Source: an uncultured Actinomycetes bacterium (GTDB taxonomy: Bacteria > Actinomycetota > Thermoleophilia > UBA2241). From it: a stretch of 64,000 nt of DNA. The notes below the pieces were generated by a model. That model was not told the DNA's origin. It saw only the letters and a program-made list of their open reading frames with translations, and ran no database searches. The stretch lies in assembly GCA_963709345.1 (NCBI GenBank), contig CAVPVX010000004.1, forward strand, positions 192,001 to 256,000, read 5' to 3'. The position numbers and the translations under genes were made by a program. This document shows, in pieces, positions 1 to 9,988 of this stretch. Positions within the stretch are counted from its first letter, which is position 1; each line of letters starts with the position of its first letter.

Positions 1-476
1 TCACCCGGAGCATGCTCACCACGGTGGGTCTCGTGGGCGTCTTCATGGCCGTCTGTCTGCTCGCCCTGCTGCAGTACGGCAATGCCCACTACGGCAGCGC
101 GGTCGTCGCCTCCACCATGGCCATGACCGCCTTCGCGGCGTGCCGCGTCGTCGGAGGCTTCGAGAGTCGCAGCCCGACCGGGAGCATCGTGATGGCCGCC
201 ACCTTCAACAGCCGCCAGATGAACTGGATCGCCTTGTTCGAGGTGGTCCTGCTGATCCTCGTGGTCGGCTTCGACCTGCTCAACCGGTGGCTCGGGACCA
301 CCTCGTTGACGTGGACGCAGTGGGGCCTCGCGCTCGCGCCGGCGGGCGGGCTCTTCGTGCTGTGGGAGATCGGCAAGGCGATCGCGCGCGGCTCGCAGCA
401 CGGCCCGGCGGCTGCGGCAGTCGTGCCGGTCGCGTCCCAGGCGGACCAGGAGGAGGAGGCGCCGGCGGCGCAGTGA
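1..476 (+). CDS. Cation-transporting P-type ATPase, C-terminal part (5' truncated by window edge)
   Basis: Hydrophobic helices with ASTMAMTAF...ESRS...FNSRQMNW...LGTTSLTWTQWGLAL...LWEIGK, typical of the Cation_ATPase_C domain. Confidence 0.8.
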   Translation, partial: TRSMLTTVGLVGVFMAVCLLALLQYGNAHYGSAVVASTMAMTAFAACRVVGGFESRSPTGSIVMAATFNSRQMNWIALFEVVLLILVVGFDLLNRWLGTTSLTWTQWGLALAPAGGLFVLWEIGKAIARGSQHGPAAAAVVPVASQADQEEEAPAAQ

Positions 477-633
477 GCGCCCACAGCACCTGCATCCCGA
501 ACCCGGGCAGGTGGTCGCACGTGTGGCGCCGCTTGCCGAGACACTCGAATCCGGGTTTGTCGAGAATGCTCGTCATGCCGTCCTGCCCTTCGATCTCAGG
601 CGCTGGGCCTGCTCCATGCACGCGCCGGCTCCG

Positions 634-770
634 CGTCGAGCTCGGTGGAGCGGTCGACCAGCCCCCAGCGCACCTTCCCACCGTCCCCGCGTCGTTCAGT
701 CGCCGAGATCGCGGAGGTTCGCCGCCGAGGCGATGGCGGGGCCGTTTCCCGACTCGCCTGCCGGGGTCAT
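634..770 (-). pseudogene. N-terminal relic of a tyrosine/dual-specificity phosphatase (Y_phosphatase3-like)
   Basis: ATG at 770 overlaps the upstream stop (ATGA). Reads ...ANLRDLGD* then, after a shift, TTR/DGGKVRWGLVDRSTELD, matching the NxRDLGG...DG.kvr.g.lyRS motif. Rest of gene absent. Confidence 0.55.
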
Positions 771-2399
771 GCCCCCTGCCGCTTCAGCTCCGCCCGCATC
801 TCCGGACTCAACGGCACCACGAGCTCCGCGTTGTACGAACACGTGGGCTCGAGGCCCAGCGGGTTCTTGAAGATCTGCTGGGCCGCGACGGCATACGTGC
901 GTGAGGTCGCGGCCGGCGAGCCGTCTTCCATCGTCGGGTCGACGTCGGTGGCGAGGATCGAGACGGTGTCGTCGCCGCCCCGCACGATCTCGAAGGTGCG
1001 GAGCTGCTGCGGGAAGTCCCGCAGCGACGCGGTCTCGATCTCCCAGAAGCCGAGTTCGGGCCGGTCGGCGTCCGGTGACGCGAAGGCCTTGACCGGGTTG
1101 CGGTGCCGATGCCCGGCGATCCAGGCGATGAGGTTCGGATACGTGTGGAGCTTGGCGATGAGATCCTCCACGGAGACGCAGGCGGCGGAGCCCCACGCCA
1201 TCGGAGACCCTGCCTCCTCGACGGCGATCGGGATGTGCGCGGCGATGATCATCAGCTTGGCGTCGGCCTGGCCCCTGTCGAGCTCGCGCACGAGCCAGTC
1301 CCAGCGCTCCTGGTCGAGGGAGCCGTGCCCGTAGCCGTTGTCGTAGGGCTCGTCGTCCCGCTGCGTGTCGTCGAGCACGAGGATCCTGACCGGCACGTCC
1401 GCCTTCGGCTCGAAGGTGTAGCAGGCGAAGCCCCGCTCCACGTCGGCCTCGCCGAACCCGTGTCCCTGCGGGCGCGACGAGGTGTCGAAGAACTCGCCGC
1501 ATCCACTCGCTCTTCGAGAGAGACCGGCGGTCGGGGTCGGCGGCGAGCACCTTCGGAGGGGTCGCGAAGTCCGCGACGGGCCCGAGACCGAAGATGTCCC
1601 CATGGGGCGTGCGCCCGTCGAGGCAGCCCATGTAGAAGCCGCGGCTGTCCGGGCCGCGCGGGTCCTGGAAGACGTTGCCGAGGTCGAGGATCTCCTCGCC
1701 GACGTAGGTCTTGCGCAGGTAGTCGTCGACGCGCAGGAACCCCGTCCAGAAGTGGTCGTGGTTGCCGCGCGCCTGGTACCAGGGGATGGACGCGTCGAGC
1801 CCCGCCGCCTCGTAGGCGTCGAGAAACGCGGCCCGGGCTGCGGGCGCCGCGCCGGTCTTGGCGCCGGAATCCGGGTCGATGCGCTTGCCGTCGAGGACGT
1901 CGATGTACCAGCGCAGCTCGTTGTGCTGCGTGTTGTTGCACGTGTCGCCCAGGGAGATGCCGAAGTCGATCGGGTCCTCCTTGTGCAGCGCGTTGACGGT
2001 GCGCACGGCCGCGTCGAGGACGTGGTGCGTGTACATCATGACGCCCGAGTAGGCCGACGAGAGAAAGCCCTTGTAGCCGAAGAAGATCGCCTGGGCCGGG
2101 GACTGCACGTCGGTGATGTGGATGTCGGTGATGGCGAAGAAGCGCAGGAGCCTGGCGCCGCCGGTGGCGGCGGCGCCGGCCGAGCCGCCGCCGTGGTCGG
2201 CCGGCATGAGGTCGAGCCGCCGCTGGCGCGCGAGGCCTGGCCCGTAGCTCCAGCGCCCGTAGCCGTTCCGCTCGTATTTGGCCAGCTCGTAGGGAAGGAC
2301 CTTCTCCGCATCGGCGGGGATCGGGTCGGGGACGATCGTCCTCTCGAGGGTCGTGACGACCTTCTCGGTCACCGGATGCTTCTCGTGTGTCGGTTCCAT
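767..2399 (-). CDS. TIGR03768-like metallophosphoesterase (frameshift near 1497)
   Basis: Motifs TDIHITD, LGDTCNN, RGNHDH in ORF 696-2399; AAHIP and AGHRH in ORF 767-1603. Confidence 0.8.
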
Positions 2400-2582
2400 C
2401 AGACCCCTCTCCGCTCTTCGCCGGAAGGGCGCGGCTTCGCTGCCGCGCTCACCAGACTATCGGCATCCGCGCCGGCTTTCGCCAGTTTTCCGGCGATGAT
2501 GGGAGCGGGCGGAAAGGCGTGGCCGAGCGCTGAGCGGACGAGGCCGGACGGTCCGGACCGTCCCGGCCTCGTCCGACCGGTC

Positions 2583-3566
2583 CTACAGCGGCTTGACGGG
2601 CACGCAGATGCTCACGTCGCACTTGTGCTCCGGGTGCTCGTTCGCGTCGTTGTGGTACTGCTCGTAGCAGACGCCGTCGGTGGGCTGGTAGCCGCTCTCG
2701 GGCAGCCAGCCGCTGAAGACGGCGTCCCAGGCGTCGCCGTACTGCTCGACGTCCAGCTCGAACCGGGCGAAGGCGTAGGCGCCGCCGGCGATGGCCATCT
2801 TGCCGATCTCCCCGTCCACCGGCGTGTCGTCCGGGATGCTGACGCCGACGCTGATCCGGAGCTTGCCGGCGTCGGTCACACCGGGATCGTCGTGGTAGAC
2901 GGTGACCATCTTCGTCTCCGGTCCCAGCAGCCCGCGCGGTCCTGCCCACTGCATGAGCCTGCCGAAGAGCCTGCCGAAGAGCTCCCCGTCGCCCTGGTAC
3001 GGACCGGTGTGGCGAACGTACGCCACGGTGAACGCCGGCTCCTCCCGGACTTCGATCTGCGCCTCAAGCCTGCCTTGCTCAGTCATAGTGACCCTCCACG
3101 TCCGTCGATGGCGTGCGCCGTCAACGTAGCCCGGTGAGACCTCCCAGGCTTTCCGCATCTTGCGGAGCGCTTGATGATCCTTGCGGTCTTGTCCGTTCGC
3201 AGCGCTCTCGGCGGTTGTCCGGGTCGCCTTCGACCGCCGCCACTGGCTGGCGCTCATGCCGAAGGCGTCTCTGAAGGCGCGGGCGAAGGGGGCCGACCCC
3301 GAGAACCCGCACTCCAGGGCGACCGTCGTGATCGGCTTCCCGGGATCGGCGACGAGCTGGAGGGCGGCGCGCTCCACGCGGAGCCGGCGGATGTACTGTC
3401 CGACCGTCTCGCCGACCATGGCCCCGAAGATGCGGTGGAAGTAGAAAGAGGAGAAGCCGGCGACCCCGGCGAGCTCCGGAAGCGTGAGGGGGCCGCCGAG
3501 GTTGTCGTCGATGTGGTCCATCACGCGGTTGACGCGGGCAACGTACTCTTTGCGAGGCGCTTCCAT
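2583..3566 (-). CDS. AraC-family regulator with C-terminal GyrI-like effector domain
   Basis: N-terminal double HTH (LPELAGVAGFSSFYFHRIF; VALECGFSGSAPFARAF), C-terminal GyrI-like (WLPESGYQP...ICVPVK). Confidence 0.9.
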   Translation of the reverse strand: MEAPRKEYVARVNRVMDHIDDNLGGPLTLPELAGVAGFSSFYFHRIFGAMVGETVGQYIRRLRVERAALQLVADPGKPITTVALECGFSGSAPFARAFRDAFGMSASQWRRSKATRTTAESAANGQDRKDHQALRKMRKAWEVSPGYVDGARHRRTWRVTMTEQGRLEAQIEVREEPAFTVAYVRHTGPYQGDGELFGRLFGRLMQWAGPRGLLGPETKMVTVYHDDPGVTDAGKLRISVGVSIPDDTPVDGEIGKMAIAGGAYAFARFELDVEQYGDAWDAVFSGWLPESGYQPTDGVCYEQYHNDANEHPEHKCDVSICVPVKPL

Positions 3567-3746
3567 CGAGTGACCGGCTCCCGATCGCGTGGGCAGTGCG
3601 GGGAGTCTACGGGATGAGAGGCCGAGGCATGCGTGAGGCGACTCCCGGGGCGTCGGCCGGGTTGCCCCCGTCGTCCTCCGTGGCTACCCTGTGCATCCCG
3701 GCCCGGCGAGAGCCGCCGCCTCCCACGGACGACGAGGCCGAGCGAC

Positions 3747-4457
3747 ATGGACGCCATCATCCGCACCACCGACTTCTTCCTCCACATCGACGTGCATCTG
3801 AGCGCGCTCGTGGCGCACTTCGGAGAGTGGGTGTACGCGATCCTCTTCGCCATCGTCTTCTGCGAGACGGGCCTCGTGGTCACCCCGTTCCTGCCCGGCG
3901 ACTCCTTGCTCTTCGCCGCCGGAACGCTGGCCGGAGCCGGCGTTCTCGACCCGCTGGTCCTCGGAGTGGTGCTTCTGGCGGCGGCCATCATGGGCGACGC
4001 GGTCAACTACCTCATCGGCCGGTTCTTCGGTCGCCGGCTGCTGAGCAAGCCGAGGCGCTTCGTGCGGCCCGAGCACATCGCGCGCACCGAGGCCTTCTAC
4101 GAGCGTCACGGCGGCAAGACGATCATCCTCGCGCGCTTCGTGCCGTTCGCGCGCACGTTCGCGCCCTTCGTGGCGGGCGTCGTCCACATGAACCTCGCGC
4201 GCTTCCTGCTCTTCAACGTGAGCGGCGCCGCCTTGTGGGTCGGCCTCTTCGTCGGCGGCGGCGTGTGGTTCGGCAACATCCCGTGGGTGAAGGACAACCT
4301 CACGCTGGTCCTCATCGCCGTCGTGCTGGTCTCCGTTGGCCCGGGCCTGGTGAGCGTCGCCCGCCGCCGCCTGCGTGGCGGCGGGCGCAGCGACGCCGCA
4401 GCTGTTCCGGCGAGCACCTCCGACGCGGAGCCAGCCGGTGAGCGGCCGCAGGTGTGA
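3747..4457 (+). CDS. dedA: DedA family membrane protein
   Basis: FCETGLVVTPFLPGDSLLF and LARFVPFARTFAPFVAG signatures. Confidence 0.92.
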   Translation: MDAIIRTTDFFLHIDVHLSALVAHFGEWVYAILFAIVFCETGLVVTPFLPGDSLLFAAGTLAGAGVLDPLVLGVVLLAAAIMGDAVNYLIGRFFGRRLLSKPRRFVRPEHIARTEAFYERHGGKTIILARFVPFARTFAPFVAGVVHMNLARFLLFNVSGAALWVGLFVGGGVWFGNIPWVKDNLTLVLIAVVLVSVGPGLVSVARRRLRGGGRSDAAAVPASTSDAEPAGERPQV

Positions 4458-4654
4458 GCGCCGGCGCCCGATGGTACCATCTCGAGCAGTGATGAACGAC
4501 GAGCACCGCGATGTCGCGTTCGCAGCCCGCCAGGCGCCCTTCGCCTCCGAGTGAGCGTGGCACGCATGTCCCAGGACTCCCACTTACCCAGCGACGATCC
4601 CGACTCTCCGGATGGCCGGCTGCGTCGAGCTGAGGTCGGAGAAGGCCGGCGACG

Positions 4655-5773
4655 ATGATAGCTCTGGTCGTCGTCGGCGTCCTCGTGCTCGTCAATGCCC
4701 TGTACGTGGCGGCTGAATTCTCCGCGGTCGGGGCGAGGCGCAACCTCGTGCGCCTCCTCGCCCAGGACGGCGACCGCCGCGCCGGCTGGGTGCTGCCCGT
4801 CATCGAAGACGTCGCGGGGCTCGATCGGTACGTCGCCGCCTGCCAGATCGGCATCACCTTCTCCAGCCTGATCCTGGGTGCGTTCGGTCAAGCCACGCTC
4901 GCACGCGATCTGGCGCCGCTCTTCACCGGTCTCGGGTGGCTCGGCGAGACGGCGGCGCAGAGCACCGCCGCCGCCGTCGTGCTCATCGCACTCACGTCGC
5001 TGCAGGTGATCCTGGGCGAACTGCTGCCCAAGTCGCTCGCGCTGCAGTTCCCCACTCGCACCCTGCTCCTGACCGTGCCCCCGATGCGTGTCTCCCTGCG
5101 TCTCTTCGCCGGCTTCATCTGGCTGCTCAACGGCAGTGGCCTGCTGTTCCTGAGGCTCTTCCGCGCGCCGCGTGTGGCGCACCGGCATATCCACTCGCCC
5201 GAGGAGATAGACCTGCTCATCGTCGAGAGCCGCGACGGCGGTCTGCTCGAGCCCGACGAGCAGCGGCGCCTGCACCAGGCGCTGCGCCTCAGCATGTACC
5301 CCGTGAGCCGCGTGATGGTCCCGAGAGACGAGGTCGTCGCCGTCGATCTCGCGAGCCCGTTCGCCGACGTCGTCGACGTGATCGTCGAGAGCCCCTACAC
5401 ACGCCTCCCGGTGTACAGTGGCGCCGGGCGCAGGGTCGTCGGCATGCTGCAGACCAAGGACGTGGCTTTCGCCGCCACCACACTGGGCGCCGACGCCCGG
5501 CTCGAGGATGTCATGCGCTCGGCCGTGACGGTGTCCGCGTCCACCCGGGCCGACGACCTTCTGACCGTGCTGCGGGAGCGACGAAGCCAGCAGGCGGTCG
5601 TCGTCGACGAGCATGGGGCGCTCGCCGGGCTCGTCACCCTCGAGGACGTTCTCGAAGAGGTGTTCGGCGAGGTCGGGGACGAGTTCAAGGGGGACGAAGC
5701 GCAGGTCGCCGCAGCACGCAGGCGCGTCCGTCTCCCCGCCCCTCGCCTGCGCCACCGAAAGAAGCTGCCGTGA
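4655..5773 (+). CDS. Hemolysin-family/CNNM (DUF21 + CBS pair) protein, no C-terminal CorC domain
   Basis: NALYVAAEFSAV, QIGIT, GELLPKS, YTRLPV, GLVTLEDVLEEVFGE. Confidence 0.88.
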   Translation: MIALVVVGVLVLVNALYVAAEFSAVGARRNLVRLLAQDGDRRAGWVLPVIEDVAGLDRYVAACQIGITFSSLILGAFGQATLARDLAPLFTGLGWLGETAAQSTAAAVVLIALTSLQVILGELLPKSLALQFPTRTLLLTVPPMRVSLRLFAGFIWLLNGSGLLFLRLFRAPRVAHRHIHSPEEIDLLIVESRDGGLLEPDEQRRLHQALRLSMYPVSRVMVPRDEVVAVDLASPFADVVDVIVESPYTRLPVYSGAGRRVVGMLQTKDVAFAATTLGADARLEDVMRSAVTVSASTRADDLLTVLRERRSQQAVVVDEHGALAGLVTLEDVLEEVFGEVGDEFKGDEAQVAAARRRVRLPAPRLRHRKKLP

Positions 5774-7110
5774 GCGTGGCGTTGCCCATCCTCATCATCG
5801 CGGGCCTGATCTTGCTGAACGCGCTGTTCGTGGCCGCGGAGTTCGCCTTCGTCGGCGCACCGCGCACGGCCATCGAGCAGCGTGCCGCGGCCGGTGACCG
5901 GCGTGCGCTCCGCGTGCGCTCGATCCTGCGCGACCCGCGGAGCCAAGACCGCTACCTCGCTACCGCTCAGCTCGGCATCACCGTCGCCAGTCTCGGTCTC
6001 GGCATGTACGGCGAGCACGAGGTCGCGGGGCTCATCGCCGGGCCGCTCGAGGCGATGGGCGTCGACCGCCTGATCGCGGTGCACGCCGTCGCAAGCGTGA
6101 TCGCCGTCATCCTGCTCACCTATCTGCACATCGTCCTCGGCGAGATGGTGCCCAAGTCACTGGCGCTTCAGGGAGCCGAGCGCGCCGCGCTCGCTCTGGC
6201 GCCGGTGATGGCCGGCGTGCGCATCGCGCTGTATCCGCTGGTCGTCGCGCTCAACGGCATCGGGAACGGCATCCTGCGGCTCATGGGTGTCGTCCGCCAG
6301 CGCGGCAGCGTGGAGCAGTACCACACGGCCGAGGAGCTTCGCTACATCGTGCGCGACAGCTTGGAGGGAGGGATGCTGGGGAGTGAGAGCGGGCGCGTGT
6401 TCCAGGAACTCCTGGAGTTCGGCGACCTGACGGCGGGCGAGGTTCTCGTGCCGAGGGTGCGCATCGAGGGCATCCCCCTGCACGCCACCGGTGACGAGCT
6501 GGCCGAGTTGCTCAGGACCTCGCCTCACACCCGGTATCCGGTGTACAAGGACGACCTCGACGACATCGTCGGCATCCTTCACGTGAAGGATGTGCTGAGG
6601 CTCGTGCTCAGCGGCGAACCCGTCTCCGAGACCGACGTGCGCGGCATCCCCTATCTTCCCGAGACGGCGGGCCTCGACGTGGTGCTCGCGGCGATGCGCC
6701 GGGAGAGCACCCAGCTCGCCATCGTGCTCGACGAGCACGGAGGGACCGCGGGCCTGCTGACGATCGAGGACCTCTTCGAGGAGGTCGTCGGTGAGATCGA
6801 GGAGGAGACGGAGGCCCCCCAGAGTCGGGTCGACGCCGAAGGGCGCCTGTACGTTGCCGGCACGGTCCGCGTCGAGGAGGTGGGCGAGCACTTCGACCGC
6901 GTTCTCGAGCACGAGGAGGTCGACACGGTGAGCGGCCTCGTGCTCGCGCTGCTTGAGCGGCCGCCGGACATGGGCGACAGAGTCACCTACAGCGGCATGG
7001 CCTTCGAAGTCGTCGCCGTCGAAGGCTACGGCGTTGCGGAGTGCCTGGTCACGCCGCTCGACGACGACGGCACGGACGAGCCTCAGGCAGACGAGTCCAG
7101 ACGGGCCTGA
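5770..7110 (+). CDS. Hemolysin-family/CNNM (DUF21 + CBS pair + CorC_HlyC) protein
   Basis: GTG start overlaps previous stop; NALFVAAEFAFV, QLGIT, GEMVPKS, TIEDLFEEVVGEI, DTVSGLV. Confidence 0.9.
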   Translation: MSVALPILIIAGLILLNALFVAAEFAFVGAPRTAIEQRAAAGDRRALRVRSILRDPRSQDRYLATAQLGITVASLGLGMYGEHEVAGLIAGPLEAMGVDRLIAVHAVASVIAVILLTYLHIVLGEMVPKSLALQGAERAALALAPVMAGVRIALYPLVVALNGIGNGILRLMGVVRQRGSVEQYHTAEELRYIVRDSLEGGMLGSESGRVFQELLEFGDLTAGEVLVPRVRIEGIPLHATGDELAELLRTSPHTRYPVYKDDLDDIVGILHVKDVLRLVLSGEPVSETDVRGIPYLPETAGLDVVLAAMRRESTQLAIVLDEHGGTAGLLTIEDLFEEVVGEIEEETEAPQSRVDAEGRLYVAGTVRVEEVGEHFDRVLEHEEVDTVSGLVLALLERPPDMGDRVTYSGMAFEVVAVEGYGVAECLVTPLDDDGTDEPQADESRRA

Positions 7111-7255
7111 GCGTCACGTGTCGTGCGCGCGCGGGTAGCGGCCATCCGCCGCCCGCGGGCCCATCACGCGTCCAGCGCCACGGCTGTCAGAGGGCTTGTA
7201 CAATGCCCCCTGAGGCGGTCCCGCCTCAGGGGGGGTCGACGGCGAAGGGCGATCG

Positions 7256-9040
7256 ATGGAGAGACGAGTCTGGCGCTGGTCGCAGCTCAAGCTCCCGCGG
7301 CTGCCTGCACGCGACTGGCTGCCACGCTACGAGCGGCGCTGGCTGGGGCCCGACATCGTCGCGGCGGCCGCGGTCTGGGCCGTGCTCGTTCCCGAAGGCA
7401 TGGCCTACGCTTCGCTCGCCGGTCTGCCGCCGGCGACAGGTCTGTTCGCCGCTCTTGTGCCGCTGCTGGCGTATGCCGCTCTCGGCACGTGCCGTCAACT
7501 GACGGTCGGCCCCAGTTCGGCCGTCGCGGCCTTCTCCGCCGCCGCCGTGGCGCCGGTCGCGGCCGGCGACACGGCGCGGTTCATCGCCCTGTCGGCGCTG
7601 CTGGCCCTCCTGGTCGGTGCGCTTCTCCTCGTCGCCGGGCTCGCCCGGGCGGGGTTCATCGCCGACTTCTTCGCCCGCCCGGTGCTGACGGGGTTCATCG
7701 CCGGTCTGGCGCTCGTGATCGCCGCGGGGCAGGTCGCCAAGATACTCGGCGTCGAGGGCGGCGGCACCGGCTTCATCGGCAAGCTCGAGGTGCTGGTGCG
7801 GGAGCTCGGCTCGACCAATCTGATCTCGCTGGCGCTGGGGGCCGCTTCTCTGGCGCTGATCTTCGCGCTGCGCCACGTCGCGCCCAAGGTGCCCGCGATG
7901 CTGGTCGCCGTCGTGCTGGGCATCGTCGCCGTGTCCCTCCTCGGGCTTCAGGAACAGGGCGTCCGGATCGTCGGGGACATCCCAGCCGGCCTGCCCCGCC
8001 CAGCCATCCCGAGCTTCGGCATCGGGGATGTGACCGGCTTGCTGCCCGACGCTCTGGCGCTCGCCCTCATCGCCTTCGCTGAGTCGATCGCCGGCGCGCG
8101 CGCGTTCGGCGCGAAGCACGGCTACGAGGTCGACGCCGACCAGGAGCTCGTGGCCCTCGGCGTCGCCAACCTGGGCGCCGGTCTCCTGCAGGGCTTCTCC
8201 GTCGACGCCAGTCTCTCGCGATCGGCCGTGGCGAACGATTCGGGGGTCAAGTCACAGCTCTCCGGCATCATTCTCTTCGTCTTCCTGGTGGTGACGATGC
8301 TCTTGCTGATGCCGCTGTTCCACGATCTGCCCGAGGCGGTCCTCGGGGCCATCGTCATCGCGGCCGTGGCTCATCTTGTCGACATCGGCGCGCTGCGCCG
8401 GCTGCGGAGAGCAGACGGCACCGACTTCCTGCTCGCGCTCCTGTGCCTCACCGGTGTCCTGGTCTTCGGCATCCTCATCGGCCTCGTCATCGCCGTCGTG
8501 GTCTCGCTGCTCGCGCTGGTGGTCCGGGCCTATCGACCCACGAGCGCCGTCCTGGGCAGAGCCCCCGGGGCGCTCGACGACGAGACCCTGCGCTATCGCG
8601 GCGTGGACGACCACCCCGAATACGAGACGTTCCCCGGCCTCGTCATCCTTCGCATAGACGGCGAGCTGTTCTTCGCAAACGCGCGCTGGTTCAGCAAGAC
8701 GGTGCGCTCGCTGATCCGCGAGCAACCGACGCCGGTGCGCGAGGTGCTCGTCCATGCCGGCGCCGTTCCTCATCTCGACACCACCGCAGCGGCGCTGCTC
8801 AAGGAGCTGATCAGGGAGTTGAAGGACATGGACGTCGAGCTGGACTTCGCGCGCGTGACGACGCCCCTGTTCGAGAATCTCGATCTCAACGGCATCGTGG
8901 AACTCGTCGGCCTCGATCGCTTCCACGAGACCGTCGCCGCCGGCGTGGCCGACTACCTCTTGCGCCATCGCGGGGCCGGTGACGTGCAGTGGGAGATAGG
9001 TGAACCCCAGTCGCCTGGCCGCGCTCCTTCGGCGTGGTAG
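7256..9040 (+). CDS. SulP family anion permease with STAS domain
   Basis: VPEGMAYASLAGLP, QELVALGVAN, SLSRSAV, DGELFFANA, HLDTTA. Confidence 0.92.
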   Translation: MERRVWRWSQLKLPRLPARDWLPRYERRWLGPDIVAAAAVWAVLVPEGMAYASLAGLPPATGLFAALVPLLAYAALGTCRQLTVGPSSAVAAFSAAAVAPVAAGDTARFIALSALLALLVGALLLVAGLARAGFIADFFARPVLTGFIAGLALVIAAGQVAKILGVEGGGTGFIGKLEVLVRELGSTNLISLALGAASLALIFALRHVAPKVPAMLVAVVLGIVAVSLLGLQEQGVRIVGDIPAGLPRPAIPSFGIGDVTGLLPDALALALIAFAESIAGARAFGAKHGYEVDADQELVALGVANLGAGLLQGFSVDASLSRSAVANDSGVKSQLSGIILFVFLVVTMLLLMPLFHDLPEAVLGAIVIAAVAHLVDIGALRRLRRADGTDFLLALLCLTGVLVFGILIGLVIAVVVSLLALVVRAYRPTSAVLGRAPGALDDETLRYRGVDDHPEYETFPGLVILRIDGELFFANARWFSKTVRSLIREQPTPVREVLVHAGAVPHLDTTAAALLKELIRELKDMDVELDFARVTTPLFENLDLNGIVELVGLDRFHETVAAGVADYLLRHRGAGDVQWEIGEPQSPGRAPSAW

Positions 9041-9205
9041 AGCGGGCGGTGCCGGCCGTCGTCACCGCCCGCAAGCGAGCGATCTTCGACGTGGATCGCG
9101 GAGACGGCCGCCGACTCGAGGCTCCGCGCTCAGCGTGCCGTCTTGCAGGCGCTCGCACGCCGCCTGGCCTCCGCGCGACCCGTTCGAAGCACTCACCTGC
9201 CCCGG

Positions 9206-9221
9206 CTTGACCAGCGTCAAG
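9206..9221. promoter_or_regulatory. Crp/Fnr-family-like palindromic site CTTGAC-CAGC-GTCAAG
   Basis: Perfect 6-bp arms around a 4-bp spacer (FNR-box geometry TTGAt-N4-aTCAA), about 80 bp upstream of the cupin gene. Confidence 0.5.
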
Positions 9222-9301
9222 AATCCAGACTGCGTCAGTCGGGAATCGTCACAACGATCACCATCTGCCCCACGCGGGCGCCAGCGAGGAACGGAGTCAC
9301 C

Positions 9302-9625
9302 GTGCAGACCATCACCGCCGACTTGCTCCCTGTGGCCGACAACCCTCACGGCGTCGATGTGCGACATCTCCACACCAGCCCCCATGTGGTGGTCTCGCAG
9401 ATCACTCTGGAGCCGGGTGAGGCCGTGAAGCCACACAAAGCGCCGGTCGACGCCTTCTTCTACGTCCTCGAGGGCTCGCCGACGATCGAGATCGAGGGAG
9501 AGACCGTCGTGGCGCCGGCCGGGATGCTGGTCCCCAGCGCGGCCCGGCATCTGCACGCGATCCGCAACCAGGCTGACGCCCGCGCGCGCATCCTGCTCGT
9601 GAAGACGCCGAACCCGAAGCCGTGA
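9302..9625 (+). CDS. Cupin domain protein
   Basis: TLEPGEAVKPH...FFYVLEG...LHAIRN motifs; GGAG RBS before GTG. Confidence 0.85.
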   Translation: MQTITADLLPVADNPHGVDVRHLHTSPHVVVSQITLEPGEAVKPHKAPVDAFFYVLEGSPTIEIEGETVVAPAGMLVPSAARHLHAIRNQADARARILLVKTPNPKP

Positions 9626-9644
9626 CGCGCCGGGCGGGCCGGCG

Positions 9645-9905
9645 CTACAGGCGCACGGCCACGAGCGAGAGCCCCAGCTCCTCTTCGGTCTCGCGCAGCC
9701 GCCCGAGCTGCTCGTCGTCGGGCTCCGCCGGCGCTGCCTGCAGTTGCGGGCCGAGCTCCTCCATCATCTTCTGGAGTCGCTCCTCCCTCTTGGGGTCGAG
9801 CGATCGGCAGGAGAAGGCCACGATGGTCAGACCGAGATCGGCCTCCAGCGCCTTGATCCTCTCGAGCTGATCGTCCGGGATGCTTCTCGCGATGTCGCAC
9901 AGCAT
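9645..9905 (-). CDS. Small uncharacterised tandem-repeat protein (MLC...LExxLG..vA, two units), copy 1
   Basis: AAGGAGG RBS; 86 aa; homologous to 24816-25013 and to the C-terminus of 23381-23806. Confidence 0.8.
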   Translation of the reverse strand: MLCDIARSIPDDQLERIKALEADLGLTIVAFSCRSLDPKREERLQKMMEELGPQLQAAPAEPDDEQLGRLRETEEELGLSLVAVRL

Positions 9906-9988
9906 GTGGATCCTCCTTGAGTCCGCCAGGGCGTAGTGTACCCAAGGTCCGGCGATACTGAAGGCGGCGCGCCGTCTCGCTCCTCCGG

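Noticed and set aside
696-698. In-frame TGA as possible selenocysteine
   Set aside because: The position corresponds to Trp/Tyr in the family, not Cys, and is followed by a frameshift and truncation
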